64,000 nt of DNA. Origin: Octopus vulgaris (Eukaryota). Shown here piece by piece: positions 11,606-25,980 of the stretch (its first letter is position 1; every line of letters starts with the position of its first letter). The stretch spans positions 156,922,001-156,986,000 of the forward strand of contig OX597816.1 of assembly GCA_951406725.2 (NCBI GenBank). Reading direction: 5' to 3'. The position numbers and the translations under genes are program-made. The notes below the pieces were generated by a model. The model searched no databases. It was not told the origin of the DNA and saw only the letters and a list, made by a program, of their open reading frames with translations.

Positions 11606-13860
11606 TCTGCCATGCCGTACTTTCAAACTTATGATTAAATGCAATGATTAGATTCCACTACATTAATTATGCTATTTTATCTCAATAATACAATTTATCA
11701 GACAACAAATTAGGCTATTCTATTGGCCAATTTCTGAGTTAGGGAAATATTCAACCTTAGTCCCATGCGTATGATACGATATAATGTAACGAAACAATGT
11801 AATGAAATATTCGGTTTACGCTAATTAATCAGCATTAAATTAAAATCATCATCTTTCACCATACTAAATGCATACATACCGTTAGAAAGCATCAAACTGT
11901 AGGATTGTCTGAAACAAGATTTCTTCAGAGATTTCTTCTGCTAAAAGATAGAATATATATATATATATCAAGGCGAAACAAATATCGTCGACCCATTAAA
12001 TGACAGACGCTTTTAGCTATTGTTGAAGCTTGTCAATACCGTATATAATGTTGTTACATGCTTAAACAAAATGCGTGTTTTAGATACAGGGGAATTAAAT
12101 ATTCACTGGTATGGAGGAAGCTTTCAGAAAAACTGAATATACGCAATTGAAATAGCATTAAATAAGGATTGCTTCTATCGTTCTCGCGAATCCCTGCGGA
12201 AAAATTTAGTATAATACACAGTTGGAATTATTACAAATTAATTAACCTAATTGTTAAGCTAATTATTAAATTGGTGTATTTAAAACGCATTAAATATTAT
12301 AAACGTAAATAATCGAGAGAAGCAAATATATACCCCTCCACTCAGTACAATAATCACGCATTTGTTGATTCCCGAGCAAATGCACTAATAATAATTCAAG
12401 CCACTTGAAAATCCTTCTTTCTCCCTTTACATTACATGTTATTAGATGCTACCAGCTTAGACTGTTCTGCTAGGGAGACTCCAATGCTACCAAAACAAAA
12501 GAGGTACAATACTGATTATAATTTGAGGAAAAGCCTAGGCTGACATGCTTTATTTAGGCGGTGGCAGGGGTCACCAAATAACTGAAATGTAGGGGTTCAA
12601 ATCCCATTTGTTGTTTTGGTTATTAGTTTCCGCTACGAAATGATGTTTTGCGAAACTGATTAAATCGAGACGAGAAGGACATATCTGATGTATTGTGTAT
12701 CTTTAGAAATTTTAGCTAGATGCAAGCGTTATCTGGTAGCTGTAAGTATATCTAAATTAATGAGGCAGGTGGCTAAAGAACATTGAATGATTTATTTGTG
12801 ACACAACAGGGAAATATTTGTTCGTGTATTGCCTTTAGAGCAAGAAAAAGAAAATAAACTATAAAAATCTCCAGTGTTATATTTCCTGTATATTTCCTAC
12901 ATCGTCCGTTTCATATGCTGCCAATCATAAACAATATTGTATTTTCTGTAACAAAACAGACGTTCTCTACTTTTAACAAAATGAAGTAAGAAACATAGAC
13001 TAGCATCGGTTCACAAAGTAAAATGATATGGGTTATAACTTCAGATTGATATTAAAACTGCGTTATAAACTTGCCTCATATCTTACTCGCATATCTTTTG
13101 CTTAAATGAAAAGTAAGAAACCACATATTCGTAGAAAAGCTTATGATTGAGATAATCGACCTCATATTGTAACATACATATTTTAATGCTACCAAGTGGC
13201 GTAATATTATAACATATCCTAGAATTAGAAATCCGAATATAAATAGAGCTAGTTTATCCTTGTATATTTTTACACAAGTTAAACAACCAATAAACCGCAA
13301 TATCTATTTTTTCACGCAATCTCTACAGGTAGCATACAGTTATCTTTTCTGTTTGGCACTGTTTTATATTAACGGAAATAAATATTTTTAAAAAATAGTT
13401 GCAATATCATTGAGGATTCTAATATTAGTTATAGAGACATATAGTTTAATATTAGTTTGTTTCTTTTTCTATTAAAAACTAGATGTTTCCAGACATTTTT
13501 GCATTAACATGGCAAACATATTCAAAGTATTTTTATTTACGTCGGCAGAGAGCTTTGTATTTTAGACAAACAGATATTTTCACTGGGAAAAAATCGTGCA
13601 TTTCCGTTGCTGGCGCCTTCAACAAGAGAACACTCTTTGTTTTTGATTTTTTCTTGCTGTTTGTATTTGTTTTTTTTTATGTCAGTGAATATTCCATTTA
13701 TAGTTTAGACATCAGAAAGTTGGATACTTCAAAACCATGTGTTAAGCAAAGTGCGATTTTTTAAAACAAAAATACTCACAGTAATTGCGTGGTATTATGT
13801 TGACGTGAAATATTTTGAAACAAAAAAGCAAACGCTCGGAATTATTTTCCCTGCTATAAA

Positions 13861-13904
<44 letters not shown>

Positions 13905-13913
13905 TGTTTGAGA

Positions 13914-13963
<50 letters not shown>

Positions 13964-14004
13964 CTGCATATACATATACATTTAGTTATATGAATATATA
14001 TTTG

Positions 14005-14048
<44 letters not shown>

Positions 14049-14168
14049 TGTATACACATTTGCACATGTATATATGTATATACTTTATATATAGCTTTAT
14101 GTCTATCTATATCTACACTTATACAGAGAGAGAGAGAAGGACAGAAGCACTCTCACATAATGACACAC

Positions 14169-14240
<72 letters not shown>

Positions 14241-14461
14241 CAAAGTGATGTTGTAAGGTACAGCACGAGTGGAATTATATATGAAAGAATGTTTCAAAAT
14301 GCAATTTTAAAATATGTTTATTCACTTATTAAGATTTCTTTAGAAATCATGTTTGTTTGGAAGTATCTATATATATACACAGAAGGAGATATATTTAGTT
14401 TACAAAGAATTAGGGATGAACTGACCTGTTTCACCATTTTATCATATATATATATATATAT

Positions 14462-14774
14462 TACCGTGACCGTGACCGACTAGGCTATTAGATGTTGCTA
14501 CACATCGCTGGACACAGTGCGCTTCGCATTGTTTTAGCTTTCAAATGACGCCACCGTGCTGGCTAAGTGAGCAGGCCAACAGAAGAAATAATGTGAGAAA
14601 GTTGTGGCGATCTGTAACAAAACTAGCGTTCTTTACTTTTAACAACCCCCTACCGCAGCCTTGGGAAGCTTTAGGTATTTTCGCTCAATAAAAACTAACA
14701 ACACCCGGTCTGGGAATCGAAACCGCGATCCTACGACCGTGAGTCCGCTGTCCTAACCGCTGGGCCTTTGCGCT
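14462..14774 (-). mobile_element. SINE family A, tail type 1
   Basis: Reverse-complement homolog of 2629-2918. Confidence 0.85.
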
Positions 14775-14917
14775 TCACACACACACACGCACATATACAC
14801 ACACGCACACACACAGACACACACACATATATATACACACACGCACATATACACAGACACACACACACAGACATATATATATATATACATATATATTTAT
14901 ACATATAGATATGTGAG

Positions 14918-14952
<35 letters not shown>

Positions 14953-14989
14953 ACAAGTTGTGTTATGAGCTTTTATAGAACACCTATTC

Positions 14990-15814
14990 TATAGAAGCTC
15001 AACAAACAATTAAAGCTGGAGGAAGAGAAAGTGTTAAATGTTCTATAAATTTTCAATTCATGCATACGAACGGTAATATTAACACATTTAACACATAAGA
15101 ACCATTGAAAAATCAATCTATCAACCCTATATTACTTAATAAGGCACTTATATCCGCCAAGAATAGGACTAATTTAACAAAAACCAACGACAAGCCATCA
15201 CCATTGAAAAGATTACAACGCAGTGATCTTCCTACATCATCTTAGCAACCTTACCATAAGCCTAACAACAATATCACATACATATATGCACAAAATAACC
15301 ATCCTTATAATATTATAAAAATCTAACCTCTAACATTGAATGTAGAATTAACTTATGCAATGAGGAAAAGTTTAAAAAGCACACAGACTACCATAATCGA
15401 GCACTTAAAAAGGCAGGATCCAAATATCGAATTATGTACAACAAAAATAATAGCACCTATTCTAATTATTCCAATAATCATCTAGATAAGAAAAATACCG
15501 ACCATATTACTGAACCCACATCAACTGGTAAATTAGAAAACATGGACACACGATTAAATTCTCTCAATGATAATCATCAGTAAAACATTAGCAACAGACA
15601 CAAATCTTACAACAACAATAAACGGGATCATAATAAAAACTATAAATAGGTGCAGGAGTGGCTGTGTGGTGAGTTAGCCTGTCTACCAACCACATGGTTC
15701 CGGGCTCAGTCCCACTGCGTGGCACCTTGGGCAAGTGTCTTCTACTATAGCCTCGGGCCGACCAAAGCCTTGTGAGTGGATTTGGTAGACGGAAACTGAA
15801 AGAAGCCCGTCGTA

Positions 15815-15862
<48 letters not shown>

Positions 15863-16800
15863 CGTGTGTGTGTTTGTGTGTCTGTGTTTGTCCCCCTAGC
15901 ATTGCTTGACAACCGATGCTGGTGTGTTTATGTCCCCGTCACTTAGCGGTTCGGCAAAAGAGACCGATAGAATAAGTACTAGGCTTACAAAAGAATAAGT
16001 TCCGGGGTCGAGTTGCTCGATTAAAGGCGGTGCTCCAGCATAGCCGCAGTCAAATGACTGAAGCAAGTAAAAAAGTAAAGAGTAAAAGAATATGAGCACC
16101 ATAACTATAACCTCACTAATAGACACGAATAACACTAATTTTGCCAAGTCAACAAATCACCAATTACACTGTTAACAATAAATGCTGAAAACAAATAACT
16201 CTAGATAGAAATAGGAACAAGAAACCTACACACTTAAAACATCAAACTTATCTCACTACATCTCATCATTCTAATAATTCCCATAACCGCATAATTCATA
16301 ATAATAAAGTTAGGAATAATGTAGAAAGAAAAAGAAACCTATACCATATGTAAGAATAGATGGCCCACAAAATATAAGCCACTACGATAATAAAGAAAAG
16401 AACAATAATATTATTTGGATCATAATTCTTTTTACAAAACACCTAAAATCTAATTTTGTTTAATCCATTACAAACATTATTAAAAACACTTTAAAAACTC
16501 TAAATATGCAAAAATATTTGATAACAAAATGATCAGATTTGGATTTCTAATTGTAATTGTAGAAACCCGAAGACTTGCGATTAGTAGGTAACTGTAAAAT
16601 GAAAGATGTAGCATACCAAACAACAATTATTACTCATAATCTCTCTAAATTTACTTACATCGGATGTACACAATATTCCTTCAAATTAAGTTTAAATAAT
16701 CATAGCTCATCCTTTGATAACCCTAGAAAGGAAAACAGCACAGGTCTATCTAAAAAGGTGGGGTAGTACAGTGCAAGTTAAATTCCACTGAAAATTATTC
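14990..16800 (+). mobile_element. Decayed Penelope-like element (RT C-terminus and GIY-YIG), interrupted by a SINE
   Basis: PYHKPNNNITYI...NEEKFKKHTDYHNRALKKAG (about 15250-15420), NNIIWI (about 16405), then CNCRNPKTC and GNCKMKDVAYQTTII...TYIGCTQYSFKLSLNNHSSSF...NSTGLSK (16552-16766). Confidence 0.85.
15649..16091 (+). mobile_element. SINE family B, full length (tRNA head, CORE-like segment, internal microsatellite)
   Basis: GGTGCAGGAGTGGCTGTGTGG...GGCTCAGTCCC head, CACCTTGGGCAAGTG CORE-like motif, internal (TA)n(TG)n and (GTAAAAGA)-type tail. Seven copies in the window. Confidence 0.9.
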
Positions 16801-16985
16801 ATCTGCACAGGTACTTTCTCTACTCCAAATCTTTTAAAATGTATGTATGTATTTATGTATGTATGCATACATGTATGTATACATGCATAGAAACAAATGT
16901 ATGAAATCATAAAAAAAGCAAATGTTATGCAATGAACTTCATTAGCTTACAGTTGTTTCCAAAATAAAATGCACTTCCTATCCAA

Positions 16986-17065
16986 GGCTCTGATGAAGCT
17001 ATCGGACTTTATCCTGTACTCAACTAAGAGTACACCACATCTTATAGCAGAAATAGCTATAAGCT
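16986..17065 (+). ncRNA. Minimal type I hammerhead ribozyme, intact core, at the 3' end of the PLE
   Basis: GGCT-CTGATGA-AGCTAT...ATAGCA-GAAA-TAGCTA-TA-AGCT. Palindromic stem III (ATAGCTAT). Predicted cleavage after A17061. Confidence 0.7.
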
Positions 17066-17232
17066 AAGGAATTGCATTATATAACATATGCCATTTCTGG
17101 AGTCATCTCTTTGTTCCTGTTAACCCTTTATAAACATATATGATTGGGTTCTGTATGACCATACGTATATTGAGTTTTACACAAGCTTATTAATCTCGCT
17201 ATTGCCGAGGGAAATATTAAATAATATATACG

Positions 17233-17299
<67 letters not shown>

Positions 17300-17550
17300 T
17301 ATATGTGTGTGCAGACATGCACATGCAAATATATAATCTAGCCCACGTGCACACTCACACACTCACTTTAACATACGCACGCTTTCAAAAGCATGTCCAA
17401 AGTTTACCTTTACCAGTATTTTGTTTACCGCAGAGAATGAATTTATTGATATTCATGCTTAAGTTTCACTTTATATTTTTCTTGCGTCTGCTGACGTTTT
17501 TCTTCTTCGCAATTTGATTCATCTCGCTGGTTACATTTCTTGTGAAATAG

Positions 17551-17949
17551 TCCTTTCTACTCTAGGCACAAGGCCCGAAAAATTTGGGGAGGGAGCAGTC
17601 GATTAGATTGACCCCAGTATGCAACTAGTACTTAATTTATTGACCACCGAGAGGAGGAAAGGCAAAGTCGACCTCGGCAGAATTTGAACTCAGAACGTAA
17701 AAACAGACGAAATACCTATTTCTTTACTACCCACAAGGGGCTAAACACACAAAGGACAAACAAGAACAGACAAACGGATTAAGCCGATTATATCGACCCC
17801 AGTGTGTAACTGGTACTTATTTAATTGACCCCGAAAGGATGAAAGGCAAAATCGACCTCGGCGGAATTTGAACTCAGAACGTAACGGCAGACGAAATGCG
17901 GCTACGTACTTCGCCCGGCGTGCAAACGTTTCTGCCAGTTCGCCGCCTT
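17551..17949 (-). mobile_element. SINE family C, composite dimer
   Basis: Reverse complement of the 36920-37350 architecture (AAGGCGGCGA...GAGTTCAAATTCCGCCGAGGTCGA...). Confidence 0.9.
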
Positions 17950-18189
17950 ATTTCTTATGAAATATTAACTGTTTTTTCCACCTTGAGTGACATGATTATA
18001 TTATAACTTGACAACATTGTAACGGTTCACCTTTCTATTCCTGTCTCGTGATATTTGGTCATGAAATCAAAATACCTCATCTATGAAATACAATATTCTA
18101 TTTTTGCAGTAATGGACTAAACCCATCACAGTTTTTTTTTTCTATTCAGAAATGTTTTGCGTCATGTATCAATATATGAAAAAAATTAA

Positions 18190-18565
18190 TCGTGACTGTG
18201 CGGTTAACAAGCATTTTTCACAGCCATGTGATCTTCGGTTCAGTCCCACTATGAAGCACTTTTGGCAAGTGCTTTCGATCATAGCCTCGGCCAGACCAAT
18301 CTGTAAGTGGAGTTGGTTGATGGAAACTGAAAGAAACCCGATATATGTGTATGTATATGCGCACACTTGTATGTGTGTGTGTCTTTACATTACTACCTCA
18401 CCACCGCTAGTCTATTACTATTGGTATGTTTAGATTCTCGAAATATAGAAGTCGGGCAAAAGAAACCTCTATAATAAGTACCAACCTTAACAGAAATAAG
18501 TCTTGGGACCAATTTGTTCGACTTCACCCTTAAAGACATTGACTGAAAACATGTCAAAGATAGAA
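18190..18565 (+). mobile_element. SINE family B, diverged
   Basis: GGTTCAGTCCCACT...ATAGCCTCGGCCAGACCAA...ATAAGTACC. Confidence 0.75.
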
Positions 18566-18965
18566 GACAGTGTTCATGTAACAATACCAGTATAATTTTA
18601 GAATGAATGCAATTCGTTGCTAGAGCAAAATTCATGCGTTGCTGTCAGATTCTTTCTGTATCTAAATTAGAATGTTTCTAATTTGGATACAAAGCCAGCG
18701 ATCTCAAGGGGAGGCGTGTTTTTCAGTCAACATCATCCACTCCCATCATTCATTAACACCAGGGCAATGAAATGCAAACTTTCATACAGTGTGACGTGAA
18801 TTTGTAAGGTACAGAACCGGAATAAATAGATCAGGATATTTTTTACGATGCTGATATAATTCGAACAATAATCTATCCGAAACTGTTCTATAATGATATG
18901 ATTAGAGTTCATATTTGGTATACCAGCAGTTTATAGTCATTAGTCTATAGATTTTAGTGTATCCT

Positions 18966-19014
<49 letters not shown>

Positions 19015-19015
19015 A

Positions 19016-19113
<98 letters not shown>

Positions 19114-19244
19114 AAAGATAGACAGACAGCTAGAGAGTGAGAGAGAGATAGAGAGATAAATAGAGAGGTAGGTAGGAAGGTAGCATGGTAGTTATGTAGG
19201 TACGTAGGAATGTAGGAAGGTAGGTCGGTAGGTGAGTAGGTAGG

Positions 19245-19310
<66 letters not shown>

Positions 19311-19410
19311 TGTAGATAGAGATAGAGAGAGAGATAAATAGAGAGGTAAGTAGGAAGGTAGGTAGGTAGATACGTACGTACGTAGATATGTAGGAAGGTT
19401 GGTAGGTAGG

Positions 19411-19486
<76 letters not shown>

Positions 19487-19515
19487 AAGATAAATAAGCA
19501 CGTAAGTAGATAGAT
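18966..19515. repeat. (GACA)n/(GATA)n/(GGTA)n compound tetranucleotide array
   Basis: Directly visible. Confidence 0.95.
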
Positions 19516-21830
19516 TTATTACATAAAACACACCAACTGCGTACCGGTACATCCATCTATCTATACATGCATAAATATATACATACACACAAACACACAC
19601 AAACACACACACTCACATACATACACACATATACATATACACACATACACATATACATACATACTTATATTCATAAATATACATACATGTATGCATACAC
19701 ACATATATACACACATACATACACACATACATTCATCGTTACATACGGAGATACATGCAAATATACACACACACATACAATCATATATATATATATATAT
19801 ATGCCAAGGACGTACCGCTTAGGTAAGCAAAGTAGGCAGTGCCTACCTTGAATAAAATAGATGACACCAACATGGCACCTAATTCAATAAAATTATAAAG
19901 ATTGGTCTGATTACTATACATAAAAGGCAAAATGTTTTATATTTTTGTAGAAAAGGAGGCATAATTCGCCCCTGTTTTTCAATTTCGGTTTTAAAGCTAC
20001 GAATAGTGCTGCTGTAGTACACGTGCTGGGTACATTTCTACAACACCGTTTTTTTTTTACGTGCTATAAAGGCAGATATAGATCTGCCTTCAACTTAGTC
20101 ACGCGACTGTGTTTCACTTAGTTTTTGTGTTTTACTACATAAAGCACATCAACTGCCTACCCTGAGTAATTACTGACGGCACATACCGGATACATGCATA
20201 TATACATACGTGCATAAATGCATGCATACATATATAATACATATATACATACGTACATACATACATACATACATACATACATACATACATACATACATAC
20301 ATGCATACATACATACATACATACATACATACATACATACATACATACATACATACATACGTATGTACGTACGTACGCACGTACTTACTTATGTACATGG
20401 ATGTTGACTGTACAAGATTTAGAGCAATGCCATTGTCTAATTTTTCTGCTATACATGAGCAATAATGATGTGATTTTTCTGTCCTTTTCCCAGGGAACTT
20501 TATACTTCTGCATAGATGAGAAAACAATGGACGCCAGATAAATCCTTAATTGATTGAAAATAATTTCATTTTAAAATGCATGAACCCAGTTACGATTGAC
20601 ATCATATGGAAAGTGCAGATAACCTCAAGAATCAAGAATTGACCGCAATTTAAGTGCCTGAAAATAAAGTCAATTTGACTGTGAGCAAACAAGAGCACAG
20701 TTACAAACGCGAGCTACTATCCCATTAGTCGTCCGTCATCAGCAAAGTGGCTAGGCTGCCTTGAATCCAGCAGAGTAGATGATCATTCACAATTTCAAGT
20801 AATTTGCATAATTTCTACAAAAATGAACTAAAAGAAATATATGTATGTGTGTATACAAATACGTATGCGTGTGCATGTGTGTAACATTTTTAGCATGCGT
20901 GTTCGAGTGAGTGTGTGCTTACATATAATTATAGAGAGAGAGGAAGAGAGAGACGGAGAAGGAGAAATAGTGAAATAAAGAGACAGACAGACATTTCATT
21001 TCTCATTCTTTCACTATACTATGGTAGTATATATTATCTGTCAGTTCTCATTTAGAACTTTCTTAGAATATCTGGACACTACCTTATTGATTTAAACTTA
21101 AAACATCGCTTTATATTAGAATTATTTTCAGTAAAATTGTATTGAATATTCAAATAGATATTCTGGTAACATTCCGAAACGCATCTACTTCCTACAACGA
21201 TGAAGAACATTACATAAATCACACAAGCGAATTCAAGTTTTATAAGTTTACGGCATTGTTTATACAGCGACAGTTGAATACGTGCTAAATTCCAGTTAAA
21301 CGTATAATTTCTTCTGACTTTAGTGCAACGCTTAGAAGACACATTTGAATATTCAGGGGAATTTATACTGGGTTTGATGATAATGAAGTATGATGTTTAG
21401 CATTTGGAATCAATAAATTACTGCAGAGGGTTTTTGGGAAATATTGCTCTTAAACAATTCCACGTATATATGTTTGTGTGCGTATGTATGCATGTATGTA
21501 TGTGTATTTCGCATGTAATTTAAGCTGTTTATACACATATACATAACCCACACACACGCTCACACAAGCAAGGTAGATATTCAGACGTGTGCGCGTAAGT
21601 TTGTATGTGTATGTATGTGTGCGTGCGCACGCGCGGGTGTCAGTGTGTGTGTGTGCGCGCGCGTGTGTGTAGGGACATCCTACTTTGGGTGGAATATTCC
21701 TGACTTCTAATTTTCAGGTATACTTTTCATGTAGAACTTTTTTTCTCTACTTACCTCAAAATTTATCACGTTTTCTTGCGAGAATTATACCCCCAAATTC
21801 AAGCACTTCTAATTAATCTTTACTCTATAC

Positions 21831-22443
21831 CAGTGTTTTCCAAAGTGTGAGGCACTGCACCCATGGGAGAGATGGATTGATTCAGTGAGAGTCAGTGAAG
21901 AGATGTAAGATGTTAAGATAGTAATGGAGTGGCCAAAATGATGTAAAAACAACCAAATAATGTTATGGTACTACCAGTTCAAATATACTTGAGGCTCGTT
22001 TGGACTAATAATGAAACCATTCACTGTTTTATCAGTGAATTTCGCACTGTTGACAATGGTGTATATACACCTAGTTCAGTTTCCACTGGCCCTCCGCCCG
22101 GTGTCTGTGGCTGAAGAGAAGATAACTACTCCGAAATGCTGCATCTCACAGTCTAGTCTAAGTGTGTTTACGCTATTCTTTTACTCTTTTATTCTTTTAT
22201 TTGTTTCAGTCATTTGACTGCGGCCATGCTGGAGCACCGTCTTTAGTGGAGCAAATCGACCTCAAAACTTATTCTTTAAAAGCCTAATACTTATTCTATC
22301 ATTTGCCGAACCGCTGGGTTACGGCAACGTAAACACACCAGCAACGGTTGTCAAGCGATGGTGGGGGTACAAACACAGACACACAGACACAAACATACAT
22401 ACATACATACATATATACATACATACATACATATATATGTATA

Positions 22444-22519
<76 letters not shown>

Positions 22520-22939
22520 CGACGGGCTTCTTTGAGTTTCCCTCTACCAAATCCACTCACACGGCTTTGGTTGGCCCGAGGCTATTTAGAGACACTTGGC
22601 CAAAGTACAATGCAGTGGGACTGAACCTGGAACCATATAGTTGGTAAGCAAGTTACTTACCACACAGCCACACCTGCGTCAATAGCGAGAAATTTTCACC
22701 ATGACAAAACAGTGCCACCAGCATGTTTAAACAGGTAGTAACATTGCATTTATACCTATCACTGCTCAACGCTCCTACATCGTAACAAAATAATGAATTA
22801 ATTCGGTTAAGTTTTATTTCTGAAATATAGTTGTTTTGAATTTGCTGCAGAAAGCGGTTTATGCTTACGGTGGTGAGTGGGTAGACGTTAGGAATATGAG
22901 CCAAGGGAGCGGCAGCTTCAAAACGTTTAGAAACCACTG
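21831..22939. mobile_element. hAT (Charlie-like) non-autonomous element with nested SINE
   Basis: TIRs CAGTGTTTTCCAAA / TTTAGAAACCACTG. The 8-bp flanks CTCTATAC / CTCTGTAA (6/8 identical) resemble a Charlie-type NTCTAGAN TSD. Confidence 0.75.
22174..22680 (-). mobile_element. SINE family B, full length
   Basis: Reverse-complement homolog of 15649-16091. Confidence 0.9.
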
Positions 22940-23407
22940 CTCTGTAATCTACTAATATTTATATCATTAGATAATGGACCAAATGGTTTATACCCGGTAG
23001 TAAGCTACCAGGGTAAAGCATGATCACTTCCACAGTATTCGTTCACGGTTATATTTAATGCTTTTTCCGATGTATTGTGTCCATTTCTTTTTGCATCTGA
23101 TATTTTAGCATTCCTTTTCTATATAAATGAATCTCTATCCTTTAATTTGCTACTTTACTTTACGTGGACTTAGAAGATACATTGCTGAGCTGTTATTTTA
23201 ACGTGTTATGTCTATTTATCTCTCGAAGAGATACATTTGCACCGGTGGTTGCTCTTGAACCAGTTGTCAAGTATCTCACCCGTGAGGGATCAATGCCAGA
23301 TGGGTCGGAACAATTGTAGTGATTAATAAAAATTCGCATATTTTCCATCTTCCGTCTCTCATTAACCACACACATACACACACACACACACACACATACA
23401 CACACAT

Positions 23408-23448
<41 letters not shown>

Positions 23449-23454
23449 CATATA

Positions 23455-23662
23455 GTCACCATGATAAATCGGTAGCCACTACACACATTTTTTTCTCTCT
23501 TTGTTTCTCTCCTTGTTTTTTTTCTCTGTGTCCCTTTCTGTAGAAGAGCGTATGCTCGAAGCGTAAAATACTTTTTCTATACCTGAGCGTTATACTAATA
23601 CATCTGTTTGTTTTGTACACCACCTGTCTTCGTCTTTTGTTATTTTTTTTCGTGAACTCTCC
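23455..23662 (+). mobile_element. Short PLE-terminus-like repeat with a degenerate HHR-like motif (23533-23572)
   Basis: TAGAAGA-GCGTATGCTC-GAAGCGTA resembles CUGAAGA-stem-GAAACGU. The segment is flanked by (TA)n. Confidence 0.35.
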
Positions 23663-23867
23663 TATATATATATATCTACTTCTGGTGGATGATGTTTCTC
23701 CCCCATGCAGGCGACGACACTCCAACGCATAGGTTTGTGTGGGTAGTCGGTGCTAGTGAAGGCTTTGTGAAGTCGGAGGATAAATCTTATCTTCTTTCTT
23801 AGTCACCTTTAATGACGCGCAGAAGCAACGTTGGGTTTATCCTTCGACACACCATTCTCCACACAGC

Positions 23868-23983
23868 ATAAGAGCAACGTGAAATGAAGTATTTTTTACT
23901 CAAGACCATAACACGCCACTCGGTCAGGAAATTGAACACACGATCTGACGATCATGTGTGCTACACCCTAACAACTAGTCCAC
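23868..23983 (-). mobile_element. SINE family A head, degenerate
   Basis: CAGGAAATTGAACACACGATC...ACCCTAACAACTAG is the reverse complement of the family A A/B-box head. Confidence 0.55.
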
Positions 23984-24713
23984 TAGTGAAATGTTTGAAG
24001 AAAATTTCTTCCGATAGTTCAAATCAGACACATTACTATAGCACATTTCTATAGCTCTGATTACATAATCAGTCTTTTTGCACTCTCAACGATTAGATAT
24101 CTCGCTGAGCTAAACAATATTTGTACTACCCAGCTTTATGCGTCCATCAAGTGTATACCTTCTAGAATGTATTTATGACACCCAATATATTGTAGTCCAC
24201 GTGTATATTAATATGAAGGTAATTCCATTAGCTTTCTAAGATAGTTATTAGTTCTCGTGATATATAAAGTGACCCTTCTTGTCTTCGTCCTCCCTGGTCG
24301 ATTTATATATCAATCACTAGTCATATCATCAGATATTGCATATTGCGTGGCTAGACGATTAATTCTCTTCAGTTCAACAGCGGGACTGATGAAGTGCATA
24401 GTAACTGTAACAACTAGATGCCCTTTCCACTTTCAGTGATTAAATTTCTGGTTGAGATGAAGCAAAATTGCTTTGGTTAGATTACATTGGTTGTGTGTGC
24501 GTAACAGAATACAAATTCGTACATTAGTACATAAGTGGGAGGGAAGGAATAAAGAGGAAAAGGTATATGATAAATATATATCCATTTATCTCTTCCCTCC
24601 AATCACTCTCCCAATCCCGTGTTATCTATCTATTATCTATCTATTACCTACCTACCTAACTATCTATCTATTACCTACCTACCTAACTATCTATCTATTA
24701 CCTACCTACCTAA

Positions 24714-24778
<65 letters not shown>

Positions 24779-25097
24779 GAACTATCTACTTCTAACTATA
24801 TACCTGAGTGTGTCTCTGCATGTAGATGTATTAGTGATATGCTTATTTTATGTTATGATGCATAGAAAAACCGTAGGAATAATGTATAGACTGATCTAGA
24901 AAAATGTAACGGTAACAAAATGTTTGGATAGGAATAAAACTATAAACTGCGTAGTCTGTATTCCTTTGTTATCTGCTCCCTCATTTGTCACTTTTGTGTA
25001 TTTAAATAGATAAAGACACACATGCAAGAACTGTGATGGTACTGCAGTGTGAAAGACTGAGTTTTCTGCATTTGGTCATCAATATATGAAATTTGAC

Positions 25098-25670
25098 TGA
25101 GTTCAAATTCCGCCGAGGTCGACTGTGCCTTTCATCCTTTCGGGGTCGATAAATTAAATATTAGGGTCAATCTAATCGGACTGGCCCCCTCCCCAAACTT
25201 GGGACCTTGTGCCTAGAGTAAAAAAGAATATATGAAATTTGAAATGGGGCGAGCTCGCAGAAACGTTAGTGCGCCGTGCAAAATGCTTAGCGGCATTTCG
25301 TCCGTCTTTACAATTCCGCGTTCAAATTCTGCCGAGACCGACTTTGCCTTTCATCCTTTCGGGGTCGATAAATTAAATACTGGGGTCAATCTAATCGGAC
25401 AGGCCCCCTCTCCAAATTTCGGGCTTTGTGCCTAGAGTAGAAAAGAATATATGACATTTGAATTGGGGCGAGTTCGCAGAAACATTAGTGCGCCGTGCAA
25501 AATGCTTAGCGGCATTTCGTCCGACTTTACAATTCCGCGTTCAAATTTTACCGAGACCGACTTTGCCTTTCATCCTTTCGGGGTCGATAATAAATACCAG
25601 TTAAACACTGGGATCGATGTAATCGACTTGCTCCTTCCGTCGAAATTGTGGCCTTGTGCCCAATTTTGAA
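25098..25670 (+). mobile_element. Three head-to-tail SINE family C units (219-bp period)
   Basis: Units at 25098 (partial), 25232 and 25451, near-identical over the head and core. Confidence 0.9.
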
Positions 25671-25980
25671 ACCAATATATGTAATTCGAAGAAGAATAGA
25701 ATCTAAATGGGGACAGTGAGGGGACTAGATAGAAGATATCTATAAAAAAATCTGAAAATGTATAGAAATCAATCACAATCTATCGCTATAGCACTTATAA
25801 TCTAAGGAAAGATAGTCAGCTAGTGACTTCTTCTCCTGATATGCATTTCAATATAAATAATCGAGGAATTTAATATTCACGGGTACATATAATAAAATAT
25901 GTACCTATCTGAATCTGTATTTTCCCATATAATTGACCTAACTTAATCTGCCTTTTCCCATATAATTATATTTCTAAATG

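Noticed and set aside
25098-25670. CRISPR-like or satellite array
   Set aside because: Eukaryotic context. The units are SINE copies without unique spacers.
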